Assembly: GCA_017557605.1 (NCBI GenBank)
Contig: JAFYYJ010000117.1
Location: 9,366 to 73,365, forward strand
DNA from: Salinivirgaceae bacterium
GTDB lineage: Bacteria; Bacteroidota; Bacteroidia; Bacteroidales; SZUA-534
Length of the DNA stretch: 64,000 bases
Direction: 5' to 3'
Part shown: in pieces, positions 1-9,957 of the stretch
Numbering within the stretch: the first letter of the stretch is position 1
How the letters are laid out: the number at the start of each line of letters is the position of its first letter
Notes under the pieces: model-generated
Seen by the model: the letters and a program-made list of their open reading frames with translations, nothing else
The model's database searches: none
What the model was told of the DNA's origin: nothing
Made by a program: the position numbers and the translations under genes

Positions 1-760
1 CGTCGAGACGGCGGCGCCAGTTGGTGTTGCCCTTGAGCGAGTCGATGGCGGCAATAACTTGCTCCATTGATGCAGCAAACTTCTGCCCACCGACCTTCAT
101 ATATGTATCGATAAGACCCACAGTGATAGGCGTTTGATAGATGAAGCCTCGTCCCGGACGGTCGAGTTTGGCCTGTTCTGCCAACAGTTGGGCAATGCTA
201 CTTGAATCCTGTTCAGGCATAATCAAATGCACAATCTCCTTCTCTGCCGGAATGGTCACACGGATAAGCCCCAGTTGGTCGCGAATGTCGTTGCCAGTTG
301 CATTGGTGAGCTGCGGCACGCATATGCCCAGGTCGAGTGCGTTTTTGGCCAGATTGTCGCCCTCACCGTTCTCCGACAGCACACAAATCATATAAGAAAG
401 ATGATTCAGCAGTGTAACATCTTCGTTATCAACTTTTTTACTTTCCAAAAAAGCCAGATTGATGGTTGGCGGCTGATTGCTGAACTCCATAAGGTCCTGC
501 GAGAAAATTGTTCCGCGACCAGGCACGTTCAAACCCGCCAAGGCAATAATGGCGTTGATGGTATCTTTGACGTTTTCGCGCGGCACGGTGAACCTGAAAA
601 TGGTTGAAGGCGTGCTTCTTAACTGAACCGTATCGCCAGGAATGCCAAACGGCAGCGGTTTTACAAGTTCGCGCACATTACGGGCTTGTTCAATGTAGGT
701 GTCGACCTCGAGCTGAGTCAGAAAATCCTGAAGCAGTGCGCTTAAATCGTTATTAATCAT
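1..760 (-). CDS. hypothetical protein, 3' end runs off the window (at least 253 aa); co-oriented 118 nt downstream of the DUF1538 gene
   Basis: It is absent from the ORF track because it is open at the window edge. Manual reverse-complement translation from the ATG at 760..758 gives MINNDLSALLQDFLTQLEVDTYIEQARNVRELVKPLPFGIPGDTVQLRS... with no stop down to nt 1. I recognise no family with confidence. A P-II-like regulator is only a context guess, because DUF1538 genes are often followed by one. Confidence 0.6.
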   Translation of the reverse strand, partial: MINNDLSALLQDFLTQLEVDTYIEQARNVRELVKPLPFGIPGDTVQLRSTPSTIFRFTVPRENVKDTINAIIALAGLNVPGRGTIFSQDLMEFSNQPPTINLAFLESKKVDNEDVTLLNHLSYMICVLSENGEGDNLAKNALDLGICVPQLTNATGNDIRDQLGLIRVTIPAEKEIVHLIMPEQDSSSIAQLLAEQAKLDRPGRGFIYQTPITVGLIDTYMKVGGQKFAASMEQVIAAIDSLKGNTNWRRRLD

Positions 761-878
761 ACAGGTTATAAGGCTCACACGATGCGGTGTATAGATGCCT
801 TTGGCCATTTGTGTCCGCCAGACTGTTCGCGACGGAGAGAATGCGCGGTTCTTGCCCGTTTTCTCCATTTCTATATTA

Positions 879-2936
879 TCATTCATTGTTATTGGTCTTT
901 AGGGTTTTACGTTGTTTCAGTCGGGTGAAGATTCCGAACACAAGTACAGTGATGATTGGCCAAGCCGAAGCCATTGCCAAAATGCCGAAACCGTCGGAAA
1001 TGTTGAGCGCTCCGCCGATTCCCAGTCCCAATGCCAGCACAAGTGGCACGGTTACAGGTCCTGTTGTCACACCGCCGCTATCCCATGCTATCGACGCGAA
1101 GCCGTCCTCGCTGAAGATGGTTAGAATTAGCAGCAAGCCGTACGAAATGATTATCAGCCAGACAAGCGGCAGGTCGAACAAGATGCGCGATAGACCGAGC
1201 ACAATGCCCATTCCCACGCCCACCGACACAACCTGCACAATCTGTTTGCGCTTGATGGCGCCAACAGTCAAGTCCTCGACGGTGATTCCCAAAGCGTTAA
1301 GCGCGGGCTCTGCGAGAGTTGCACCGTAGCCAAGGCCGAATGCGAACAGAAGCACCAGCACAATGCCAAGCACCGACAATTGGCTGTTGAACAGCGGTTT
1401 TTCGGTAATTATCTGTGTATAAGTATGTTTCTCACTGTCGTAATAATCAGGATTGTACTCAACGGGCTTCACTTGGCCGTTCTCGTAAAGATTGAAGAAT
1501 GTCAGGTTTTCGCCTTCGGGGCTGATGCCGCTGTAGAGCATTGTGCTATCGAAATTATTGATAACCACCTGTTCTACAAACTTCTCCTCACTTGCAAAAG
1601 CCTTCGGAAGTTGCGCTCCCACTTCGCCACCGAGCGAACCCAAACCAAGTTTGATACCCGATGTGAGCAGAATCATACCGATGAGCGTGAAACCAAGTCC
1701 CAAAGCCACTTCGTCTTTGTTACGGATTTTCTCGCGCAGGAAGAGTGTGAGCACCAGAATGAGCAGCAGCGTAAGCGGAATCACAGCCCGCAGACCGCCA
1801 GCGGTCTCCTCTTTGAGAGTCTTGCTCAACGGTTCGGTGACTGGCGCCTCGCTTGAAATCTCAACCGATGAGAGCAAGCCGCGCTCATAGTCACCAGCGC
1901 GATGTGCCAGCCAATCCTGAAGTGTTTGGTTACCAAGATATTGACGGCAAACCGACTCGTCGTTGGCTATGGCCAAAATGGTCTGATTGAATTTTGCCGA
2001 ATCGTTGCCAAACAAGGCGCGGCGGCCTTTCTCGCTTCCGTGAGTAAAAGCGTGTTCGGCAATCATTGCCTCGTTGCCGTTGAACAACTGTGCCGAAACG
2101 GCTTTGTTTTCAGGCGCGAAGAAGACTTCCTCCGTTGTAGCGGCAGGAATAAGCGTATTCAAATAGAGTCCGAGACCCAGCACGGCTGCAATCGGGAAAG
2201 CCGACGCAAGCATAATGATGCCGAATCCGCCGTCGTTGCCAGAACCTTTGTTTGCTGTTCGCGAAACACCGATACCCAACGCCAGCACAAGCGGCACGGT
2301 CACGGCTCCCGTTGTTACTGCACCGCAGTCCCAAGCCAAACCGATTATCTTCGACAGATTAACATTGAACGACGCGTAAACTGTGAGCGCCATTACCAAC
2401 GGAATGACCACGAATATTATCGGTTTGATGTTCCAACCATAGTAGAAACGGCACATACCGAGCGCCACGGCCAGTCCGACACCCGCTCCAACGGCGTTGA
2501 CCAACATTCCCGAGTATTTGTCGAGAATCATATATAGCAGCGGCGAGTCCCAGGCCGTAATGGTTGCTCCGGCTGTCTTCAGCGAACTGATGGCAGGTTC
2601 GGCAAGCGTTGAGCCGAAGCCCAGAATGATACCGAAAATGCAGATTGGAACAATTCCCACTTTTGCCGGCAGCTTCACACCCACGCGCTCGCCAATGGGC
2701 ATCATACCCAACACAAGGCCCTCAAGGAAGAACGCCAGACCAAACACCACAAGGGCTATGCCGCCCGCCGTTCCCAACGCATTGGCCAACGGTGTGCGCA
2801 AAATGGCCACCTGAAAAAACACAAGGTAGAGTATGATAAAAGCCACTGACTTTATCTGCCCTACAATCCGCGATTTGGCATAACCGCCTATCAATGCAAG
2901 CGAATCGCCAATCGGAAGACGTTTTCTATTCATCAT
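879..2936 (-). CDS. DUF1538 family integral membrane protein, internally duplicated
   Basis: 685-aa polytopic ORF. The DUF1538-type signature occurs once in each half (AWDCGAVTTGAVTVPLVLALGIG and AWDSGGVTTGPVTVPLVLALGLG). Confidence 0.85.
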   Translation of the reverse strand: MMNRKRLPIGDSLALIGGYAKSRIVGQIKSVAFIILYLVFFQVAILRTPLANALGTAGGIALVVFGLAFFLEGLVLGMMPIGERVGVKLPAKVGIVPICIFGIILGFGSTLAEPAISSLKTAGATITAWDSPLLYMILDKYSGMLVNAVGAGVGLAVALGMCRFYYGWNIKPIIFVVIPLVMALTVYASFNVNLSKIIGLAWDCGAVTTGAVTVPLVLALGIGVSRTANKGSGNDGGFGIIMLASAFPIAAVLGLGLYLNTLIPAATTEEVFFAPENKAVSAQLFNGNEAMIAEHAFTHGSEKGRRALFGNDSAKFNQTILAIANDESVCRQYLGNQTLQDWLAHRAGDYERGLLSSVEISSEAPVTEPLSKTLKEETAGGLRAVIPLTLLLILVLTLFLREKIRNKDEVALGLGFTLIGMILLTSGIKLGLGSLGGEVGAQLPKAFASEEKFVEQVVINNFDSTMLYSGISPEGENLTFFNLYENGQVKPVEYNPDYYDSEKHTYTQIITEKPLFNSQLSVLGIVLVLLFAFGLGYGATLAEPALNALGITVEDLTVGAIKRKQIVQVVSVGVGMGIVLGLSRILFDLPLVWLIIISYGLLLILTIFSEDGFASIAWDSGGVTTGPVTVPLVLALGLGIGGALNISDGFGILAMASAWPIITVLVFGIFTRLKQRKTLKTNNNE

Positions 2937-3050
2937 ATCACAGAATTATTAAAATACACTTTGAAATTCAACCAAAACACACAAGTATTCTGATTAAAAC
3001 CTCATATTTTTCCCAAAATTACCAATCTGATTTGAAAAAACAATGCTATT

Positions 3051-5009
3051 TCAACCTCCGGTTTCTAATCTTTCCTGTTCGGCAGTTAGTTTTTCCCAAT
3101 TGTTGAGCTCGTCGGCAAGTTGTTTTTTGGTAGCTTCGTATTTCTCGAAGAAGTCCGATGTGGCGCTCTCTGGGCGGTTCGCAAGCTGATTGTCCATGTC
3201 AGCAATGGCCGATTCAAGCCCCACAATCAGCGCCTCGCACTCCTCAACCGCTTTTTTCGCCTTGCGGATGCGCTTCTCTTGTTCCTTCTGTTCTTCGTAA
3301 CTCAATTTGCTTTGCGGCGCAACCGATTGAGCCTTAGCTTTTTGTTCGACAGCTTTTTCAGCCTTTTGAGTTTTAGGCGCTGCCTCAAGTTGCCGCATAT
3401 TATCCAACTTTTTGTGGTATAGGAAATCGCTGATGCCGCCCAAATGCTGCTTCATCTTATGATTGCGGAACTCATAAACGATGTTCACCATACCGTCAAG
3501 GAAATCGCGGTCGTGCGAGACGACAATCAAAGTGCCGTCATAGGCCATAAGTGCTTGTTTCAGAATATCTTTAGAACGCATATCGAGGTGGTTGGTCGGC
3601 TCGTCAAGCACAAGCAGATTGGCTGGTTCAAGCAACAACTTCGCCATTGAAAGACGGGCTTTTTCACCACCACTTAAAACGCTAACTTTCTTATCGATAT
3701 CCTCGCCGCGGAACAAGAACGCCGCCAGAATATCGCGGATTTTGGTGCGGATTTCGCCTTTTGCCACATCATCAATAGTCTGAAAAACAGTTTTGTTAAA
3801 ATCGAGCATTTCGCTCTGATTCTGAGCATAATAACCAATTTTCACGCCGTGACCGATTTTTACTGTTCCCTCGCACGGATGAATACCGAGAATCACCTTG
3901 GCCATAGTGGTTTTGCCCTCGCCGTTACGTCCGACAAAAGCCACCTTCTGCCCTCTTTCAAGCGTAAAATCAATGTCGTTCAGCACCAATTTTTCGCCAA
4001 AGCACTTGGTCATCGACTTGGTTTCCACCACAATTTGCCCCGAATGCGGCGCAGGCGGAAACCGGAAATGAATTGACGATGTGTCGAACTCGTCAATCTC
4101 AATGCGCTCAACTTTTTCCAGTTGCTTAATACGCGACTGCACCTGCACCGCCTTGGTGGCCTTGTAACGAAAGCGCTCAATGAATTTCTCGGTGTCCTCA
4201 ATCATTTTCTGCTGATTCTCGTAGGCCGCCATTTGCTGTTCAAGCTGTTCCTGTCGTTGCACAACATATTGTGAATAAGGTACTTTGAAATCATAAATCT
4301 TACCAAGCGATATTTCAATGGTGCGGGTTGTCAGGTTGTCGAGAAAGGCGCGGTCGTGCGACACCACCATTACGGCGCCCTCGTAGGTTTTTAACATATC
4401 CTCAAACCACTGAACCGACTCAATATCAAGGTGATTGGTGGGCTCGTCGAGCAGCAGCACATCGGGGTGGCGCAGAATGACCTTTGCCAACTCGATACGC
4501 ATTCGCCAACCGCCGCTGAATTCTGCCGTCGGACGCTCAAAATCAGTGCGTTCAAAACCCAAACCGAGCAATGTGCTCTCAATCTCGCCGTCAATGTTAT
4601 GGCCGTTGAGCAAGTGGAAACGGTCATTTTTCTCCGTCAGGCGATTAATCAGTGCCATATACTCATCCGACTCGTAATCAGTACGTTCAGCAAGCTGATT
4701 GTTCAGCGCGGCAATCTCCTTCTCAAGCGCCTTAACCTCAACAAACGCGCTCTGAGCCTCGGCATACACCGTGCGCTTGTCCTCAACCGACAACTGTTGC
4801 GGCAGATAGCCGATTGTAACCCCTTTCGGCACCGACACCTGCCCACTGTCATACGGCTGCAAGCCGCACAGCACCTTGAGCAATGTCGATTTCCCGGCGC
4901 CGTTTTTGCCGGTCAGGCCAATGCGGTCGCGCGGGTTCATCAGGAAACTGATGTTGTTGAACAACGGAACGCCCGAAAACTCTACAGTTAGATTGCTTAC
5001 TGAAATCAT
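3051..5009 (-). CDS. ABC-F family ATPase (two ABC cassettes, no membrane domain, charged C-terminal coiled coil)
   Basis: Walker A motifs GKNGAGKST and GRNGEGKTT. ABC signatures LSGGWRMR and LSGGEKAR. K/E-rich C-terminal tail. 652 aa. Confidence 0.9.
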   Translation of the reverse strand: MISVSNLTVEFSGVPLFNNISFLMNPRDRIGLTGKNGAGKSTLLKVLCGLQPYDSGQVSVPKGVTIGYLPQQLSVEDKRTVYAEAQSAFVEVKALEKEIAALNNQLAERTDYESDEYMALINRLTEKNDRFHLLNGHNIDGEIESTLLGLGFERTDFERPTAEFSGGWRMRIELAKVILRHPDVLLLDEPTNHLDIESVQWFEDMLKTYEGAVMVVSHDRAFLDNLTTRTIEISLGKIYDFKVPYSQYVVQRQEQLEQQMAAYENQQKMIEDTEKFIERFRYKATKAVQVQSRIKQLEKVERIEIDEFDTSSIHFRFPPAPHSGQIVVETKSMTKCFGEKLVLNDIDFTLERGQKVAFVGRNGEGKTTMAKVILGIHPCEGTVKIGHGVKIGYYAQNQSEMLDFNKTVFQTIDDVAKGEIRTKIRDILAAFLFRGEDIDKKVSVLSGGEKARLSMAKLLLEPANLLVLDEPTNHLDMRSKDILKQALMAYDGTLIVVSHDRDFLDGMVNIVYEFRNHKMKQHLGGISDFLYHKKLDNMRQLEAAPKTQKAEKAVEQKAKAQSVAPQSKLSYEEQKEQEKRIRKAKKAVEECEALIVGLESAIADMDNQLANRPESATSDFFEKYEATKKQLADELNNWEKLTAEQERLETGG

Positions 5010-5395
5010 AGCTCAAATTTTGGCGCAAAGGTAAAAGTTGAGTTAAAAGTTTAACGCTTTAAGTTCTATGTTTTAAGGCAAAAGTGAAAAGGCATAAGAA
5101 GTACAAAGCACGTTTTGCTATCAGCAAACTACGCCAATAAAAAAAGCCTCCGAATCGAAGGCCTTTCTTTTACTTAACCAAACCAACTTATTATGAAAAC
5201 TTTACATCATAAACGTGTATCATCGATTTATGTTTTGAAATTATTGGTGATAGATATGGTAAAAAAATGAAACACACGTCACTTTTTTTTCAACCCGACA
5301 ACATCTTTATCGCGATTTATTTCTACTTTACGTTTTGCAATTCACAATAAAAAAACCACTTTTATTGTTACTGCGCAACAGAAACAGAACAAGGA

Positions 5396-7612
5396 ATGAA
5401 ATTATCTCGCATCAGTTTGAATATCTGTTTAATATGGCTCATCGTAAGCATGCTGCCATTGGGTCTGTCTGCGCAAGATTCCGACGACTACGAGCAGCAT
5501 ATTTTAGACAGCGTGACCGACATTGCCAACAACTCTGCCGACATTAACGCGCGCCTCGAAGCACTAGACTTCATCACCATAAACCACCCAAATGTTGATT
5601 CGACACTAAAATACTGCGAGATTGAAGCCAAGCTTGCAAAAGAGCATGGCGATTATTTCAAGTTGGTGTCTTCGCTCCGGGTAGCAGCATGGTGCCACTA
5701 CTACAACTTCAACTACAACCTGGCTAACGAATACTATTTCAAAGCGTTGCACGTGAGTGACTCGGTTCAGTACAAATTTGGAATAGGCATGTGCTACCAC
5801 AGCATCGCCAACACCATGGCCATGATGAGCAACTTTGCCGAAGCCGACAAGTACGACTACCTAGCCTTGCAGATTTTCTACGAGCTGAACGATACCGCCA
5901 ACATCAGCGAGATTCACCGGTCGCTAGGCCTCATGTATGCAGATTTCCAGCTGTACACAACCGCCGAAGAGCATTTCAGCAAAGCCCTCGAACTCGACAT
6001 CCTTCAAAACAACACAAAAAAAATAGCCGACGACTATCGGCATTTTGCTGTTACAAACCTGTGCCGGTACGACGATTTGCTACAAGACAGCCTTATTCTG
6101 AAATCGCGCAACTACGCACTGAAAAGCTACCGACTGATTAAAAAGATAGGAACCGACTTTGACATGATGATAGCCTGCCTCAACCTGATGAGGATTTACT
6201 ACGAATTTGCCGAAGACAACACCTCTCGACAGCAGCAACTAATGGACAGCAGCCGATTTTTCTTCCGCAAAGGCCGTTCTATAGCTGCTAAAGACGGCTT
6301 CCTCGAAAAATCGTGCGACTTCAAGATGCAAGAAGCGCGTTATGCCATTTTGGACAAGGACTTCGGGAAGGCGCTCCAACTCATAAAAGAGACTGAGGAT
6401 ATTATGCGCGACGATTCATCGGCATTGTTCTTCATGGACTTGTATTCCATTTACAGCCAATACTATACGGCCACTGGCGACCACAAAAAAGCCTACGAGT
6501 ATCTGTGTCGGAGAACCGAGCTGAAAGACAAATTTCTGAACAGCAACTCCTCGCTTTACACCTCGAAATCGAATGTGCAGAACGAGTTTGACGAGATGAT
6601 GACAAAAATCAGTCTCGAAGACCAGAAGAAACGAATCCGCAAAATGGAGGAAGAGCGCCTATGGCAGATAATCAACGGTTCGGCTATCGGACTTACGATA
6701 CTGACAATCATCATTATAATAACAATACGCCGCGGACGCCGCCACAAACGGGTGCTGGGCCGCATACTCGAGCAGCGCATGGAAGAAGTTGAAGCACAGC
6801 GAAATCAGCTTGAAATGATGAACAATCAGATGAAACAAAGCATCAACTTCGCACAGCATATACAAGATTCGATACTTCCCCAGAATCAAGCTCTTGAGAA
6901 GATATTCGGGGAGATGCTGATTCTATGGAAGCCGCTCGACATTGTGTCGGGCGATTTCTACTGGGGCACCGCAATGGATGACAACAAACTGCTGGCAGTG
7001 GTCGACTGTACCGGCCACGGAGTTCCGGGCGCGTTCATGAGCATGCTTGGCGTGCGCTCGCTGGGCGACATTGTGGCCTCTGTAAAAACGGACGGCAGAG
7101 AGCTTAACGCCGCCGACATCCTAAATCGCATGCGCGACAAAGTGATAACATCACTCCACCAAACCGAGCAGAACAGCCTGACACTCGACGGAATGGACAT
7201 GGCGCTGATTATACTGAACGATAGCACTTTGGAAATGCAATACGCCGGTGCGTTCCGTCCGCTCATAATAATCCGCGGCGACGAGGTAATAATGATAAAA
7301 GCCGACAAGATGCCCGTCAGCTTCATAAAAGCCGACGACCGCCCGTTCCGCAACAATGTTTTAGAGATGCAGAAAGGCGACACCGTCTATATGTTCTCCG
7401 ACGGCATCCCCGACCAGTTCGGCTTAAGAAAAGACGGCAGCGAAGGCAAATTCAGCACAAAACGACTGATTACGCTGCTTCAGGAAATACACGACAAACC
7501 ATTTGCCGAGCAGAAAACACTCATCGAGGAAGAACTTGACAAGTGGCGGCAGAACGGCAACTCGTCTTATCCGCAAACCGATGACATAGTCATATGCGGC
7601 TTCAAAATCTGA
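5396..7612 (+). CDS. TPR-repeat / single-TM / coiled-coil / PP2C (SpoIIE-family) Ser/Thr phosphatase receptor
   Basis: 738 aa. Signal-like N-terminus (MLPLGLSAQ), TPR-like repeats, one TM helix (AIGLTILTIIIIITI) and a coiled coil. C-terminal SpoIIE motifs are VSGDFYW, DCTGHGVPGAFMSM, FSDGIPDQ and TDDIVICGF. Confidence 0.85.
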   Translation: MKLSRISLNICLIWLIVSMLPLGLSAQDSDDYEQHILDSVTDIANNSADINARLEALDFITINHPNVDSTLKYCEIEAKLAKEHGDYFKLVSSLRVAAWCHYYNFNYNLANEYYFKALHVSDSVQYKFGIGMCYHSIANTMAMMSNFAEADKYDYLALQIFYELNDTANISEIHRSLGLMYADFQLYTTAEEHFSKALELDILQNNTKKIADDYRHFAVTNLCRYDDLLQDSLILKSRNYALKSYRLIKKIGTDFDMMIACLNLMRIYYEFAEDNTSRQQQLMDSSRFFFRKGRSIAAKDGFLEKSCDFKMQEARYAILDKDFGKALQLIKETEDIMRDDSSALFFMDLYSIYSQYYTATGDHKKAYEYLCRRTELKDKFLNSNSSLYTSKSNVQNEFDEMMTKISLEDQKKRIRKMEEERLWQIINGSAIGLTILTIIIIITIRRGRRHKRVLGRILEQRMEEVEAQRNQLEMMNNQMKQSINFAQHIQDSILPQNQALEKIFGEMLILWKPLDIVSGDFYWGTAMDDNKLLAVVDCTGHGVPGAFMSMLGVRSLGDIVASVKTDGRELNAADILNRMRDKVITSLHQTEQNSLTLDGMDMALIILNDSTLEMQYAGAFRPLIIIRGDEVIMIKADKMPVSFIKADDRPFRNNVLEMQKGDTVYMFSDGIPDQFGLRKDGSEGKFSTKRLITLLQEIHDKPFAEQKTLIEEELDKWRQNGNSSYPQTDDIVICGFKI

Positions 7613-7625
7613 AAAGCACAATGAA

Positions 7626-9830
7626 ATGAGAAAATTAGCATCCAAAATATTGATATTAATATTGCTCACGGCATTGTGCACAACACGCGCAACCGCGCAA
7701 GACATGCATGAGATTGACAGCCTTGTGCAAGTTGCCGATACCATGCCCAACGACACCAACAAACTGGCTGTGCTTAATTTAATATGCCGCATGCACTCCA
7801 ACGCCGATTCGGTTTACAAATACGCAGATGAAATGCTCAACCTGGCCAAAGCCAAACATTTAAAAAAATGGGAAGCCCAAGCCTACCACATGCAGGCTTG
7901 GTATTTATACAACGTTAATGAACTTGAAAAAGCGTTGGAATACAACTACAAATCGCTCCGAATAAACGACTCGTTGGGTTTACGATTCGAAACAGCCATG
8001 AGCTATACGGCGGCGGGCGAGTGCCTGAACGAATTAGGCGACAGGCAAGCCGCCAACAAATATTACAACATTGCGCTCGACATTCTGGCGGAAATCGAAA
8101 ATACTTCAGCATCCGCCCCTATATTACGTGACTTGGGAGTCATGTGTATTACCACAAAACTGTACGACAACGCCCGCAAATACATGTACGATGCCCTCAA
8201 AATAAACGTTCAGGAAGGCAACACCCGAGAGGTTCTCATCGACCACCTCTACTTGGGTTTCATAGACTGCGCCGAATACGAAACAACCAAAAACGCGCTG
8301 ACTATTCTTGACGCCCGCCGGCACAGCGACGCCGCCTACAACCTGGCACTCAAGCTTGACAACGACTACTACCTCTGCCATACCGAGCAAGTCCAAATGG
8401 AAGTGTACTTGAACTATGCAACAGTTCTTAACGAGCCGCTGCGCACCGTTATGCTCGATAGCAGCCTTCGTTTCTACAACGACGCCGTCGAACTTGCCAA
8501 GAGACTTGGCTACTACGAGGGCTATTACTATGGACTCGAATTATGGAAAGCGAAATATCTGCTCACCACAAAATCAGTAAAGAAAAGCCTTGAACTGCTC
8601 CGCACTATTGAGAAAAAGGCCGAAAGCGACTCCGCAACTATCGCCTTCATCGACATCTACGGACTCTATACCCAGTGCTATGCGGCCTTAGGCAACTACC
8701 AGAAAGCACTGGAATACAAGAGAAAACAGATGCTGCGTGAAAACATCGACAACAACCGTGACTTTACGGTAAACTCAATGCGTGTGAACGCAAAAGAGGA
8801 GTTCGAACGCAGCCTGCGCCAACACCAACTCGACGAAGAGCGCGAAGCCATAATATACAACCTGCACAAACTGCACATGCGCATTGTCAGCTTCATCATC
8901 TTCGGGTTCCTGCTTATCATAAGCGTATTCGCCATAATAGTTTTCCGCAACTGGAAACGCGAGCATCATACCAACATAGTGCTGATGCAGCAGAACAAGA
9001 AATTCGTCGAACAGCGCGACAAACTTGCCGACATCAACTACCAGATGACATCGAGCCTGATGTACGCACGCGGCATACAGACAGCTATAATGTCGTCGCC
9101 CGAAAGTTTGAACAAAATTTTCGGCAACAGCCTGATAATATGGAACCCAATGGAGATAGTGTCAGGCGACTTCTACTGGGCTGCGCAGATTGGACGTCAC
9201 AAGATTATAGCCGCCGCCGACTGCACCGGACACGGCGTCCAGGGCGCGTTCATGAGCATCCTTGGCATGATTGCCCTCAACGACATTACCTCAGACGACA
9301 GTTTCACAATTGGCGACAACGCGGCTGCTGAACTGCTTAACCTGCTCAGAGCCAAGATGATTGAAACGCTCCACCAGCAGGATAAAGACTGGACCAACTC
9401 GAAACCCGAAGGAATGCACATCGCCCTCTGCATATTGGACACCGAGACGCGCAAGATGCAATACGCCGGCGCTTACCGCCCGCTCATCATAGCCCGCCGC
9501 AAAGGACTAATCCTATATCAGCCCGACAAGATGATTATAGGCTACCAACCGGGCAAAAACGACTCGTTCACCAACAACACTATCAAATTGTCGGAGGATG
9601 ACACTATATATATGTATACCAACGGCATATCCGAGCAGCTCAACAACGACAAAAAAGGTGTCAAATTCACATCGATAAGGCTGAACAACCTGCTTGAAGC
9701 AAACTACACCAAACCGTTTGCCGAGCAACGCCAGATAATTGAAGACTCCGTCAAGAAATGGCGCACCGAATCGGGCAACATCAGCGAACAAACCGATGAC
9801 CAGCTGCTTATCGGGTTCCGCATCGATTAA
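7626..9830 (+). CDS. TPR-repeat / single-TM / coiled-coil / PP2C (SpoIIE-family) phosphatase receptor, tandem paralog of the preceding gene
   Basis: 734 aa with the same architecture. Signal-like LLTALCTTRATAQ and TM helix IVSFIIFGFLLIISVFAIIVF. SpoIIE motifs VSGDFYW, DCTGHGVQGAFMSI, YTNGISEQ and TDDQLLIGF. It starts 13 nt after the previous stop. Confidence 0.85.
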   Translation: MRKLASKILILILLTALCTTRATAQDMHEIDSLVQVADTMPNDTNKLAVLNLICRMHSNADSVYKYADEMLNLAKAKHLKKWEAQAYHMQAWYLYNVNELEKALEYNYKSLRINDSLGLRFETAMSYTAAGECLNELGDRQAANKYYNIALDILAEIENTSASAPILRDLGVMCITTKLYDNARKYMYDALKINVQEGNTREVLIDHLYLGFIDCAEYETTKNALTILDARRHSDAAYNLALKLDNDYYLCHTEQVQMEVYLNYATVLNEPLRTVMLDSSLRFYNDAVELAKRLGYYEGYYYGLELWKAKYLLTTKSVKKSLELLRTIEKKAESDSATIAFIDIYGLYTQCYAALGNYQKALEYKRKQMLRENIDNNRDFTVNSMRVNAKEEFERSLRQHQLDEEREAIIYNLHKLHMRIVSFIIFGFLLIISVFAIIVFRNWKREHHTNIVLMQQNKKFVEQRDKLADINYQMTSSLMYARGIQTAIMSSPESLNKIFGNSLIIWNPMEIVSGDFYWAAQIGRHKIIAAADCTGHGVQGAFMSILGMIALNDITSDDSFTIGDNAAAELLNLLRAKMIETLHQQDKDWTNSKPEGMHIALCILDTETRKMQYAGAYRPLIIARRKGLILYQPDKMIIGYQPGKNDSFTNNTIKLSEDDTIYMYTNGISEQLNNDKKGVKFTSIRLNNLLEANYTKPFAEQRQIIEDSVKKWRTESGNISEQTDDQLLIGFRID

Positions 9831-9957
9831 GACTCGCAAAGATTTGAAGGATACCGCAAAAGATTCCCATGCGAAGTGTTCTGCTTTCGCTTATATAAAA
9901 CGAAAAAAGCGATACCAACAGTTGTTGACATCGCCTTAATTATTTAGTTCAATACCT

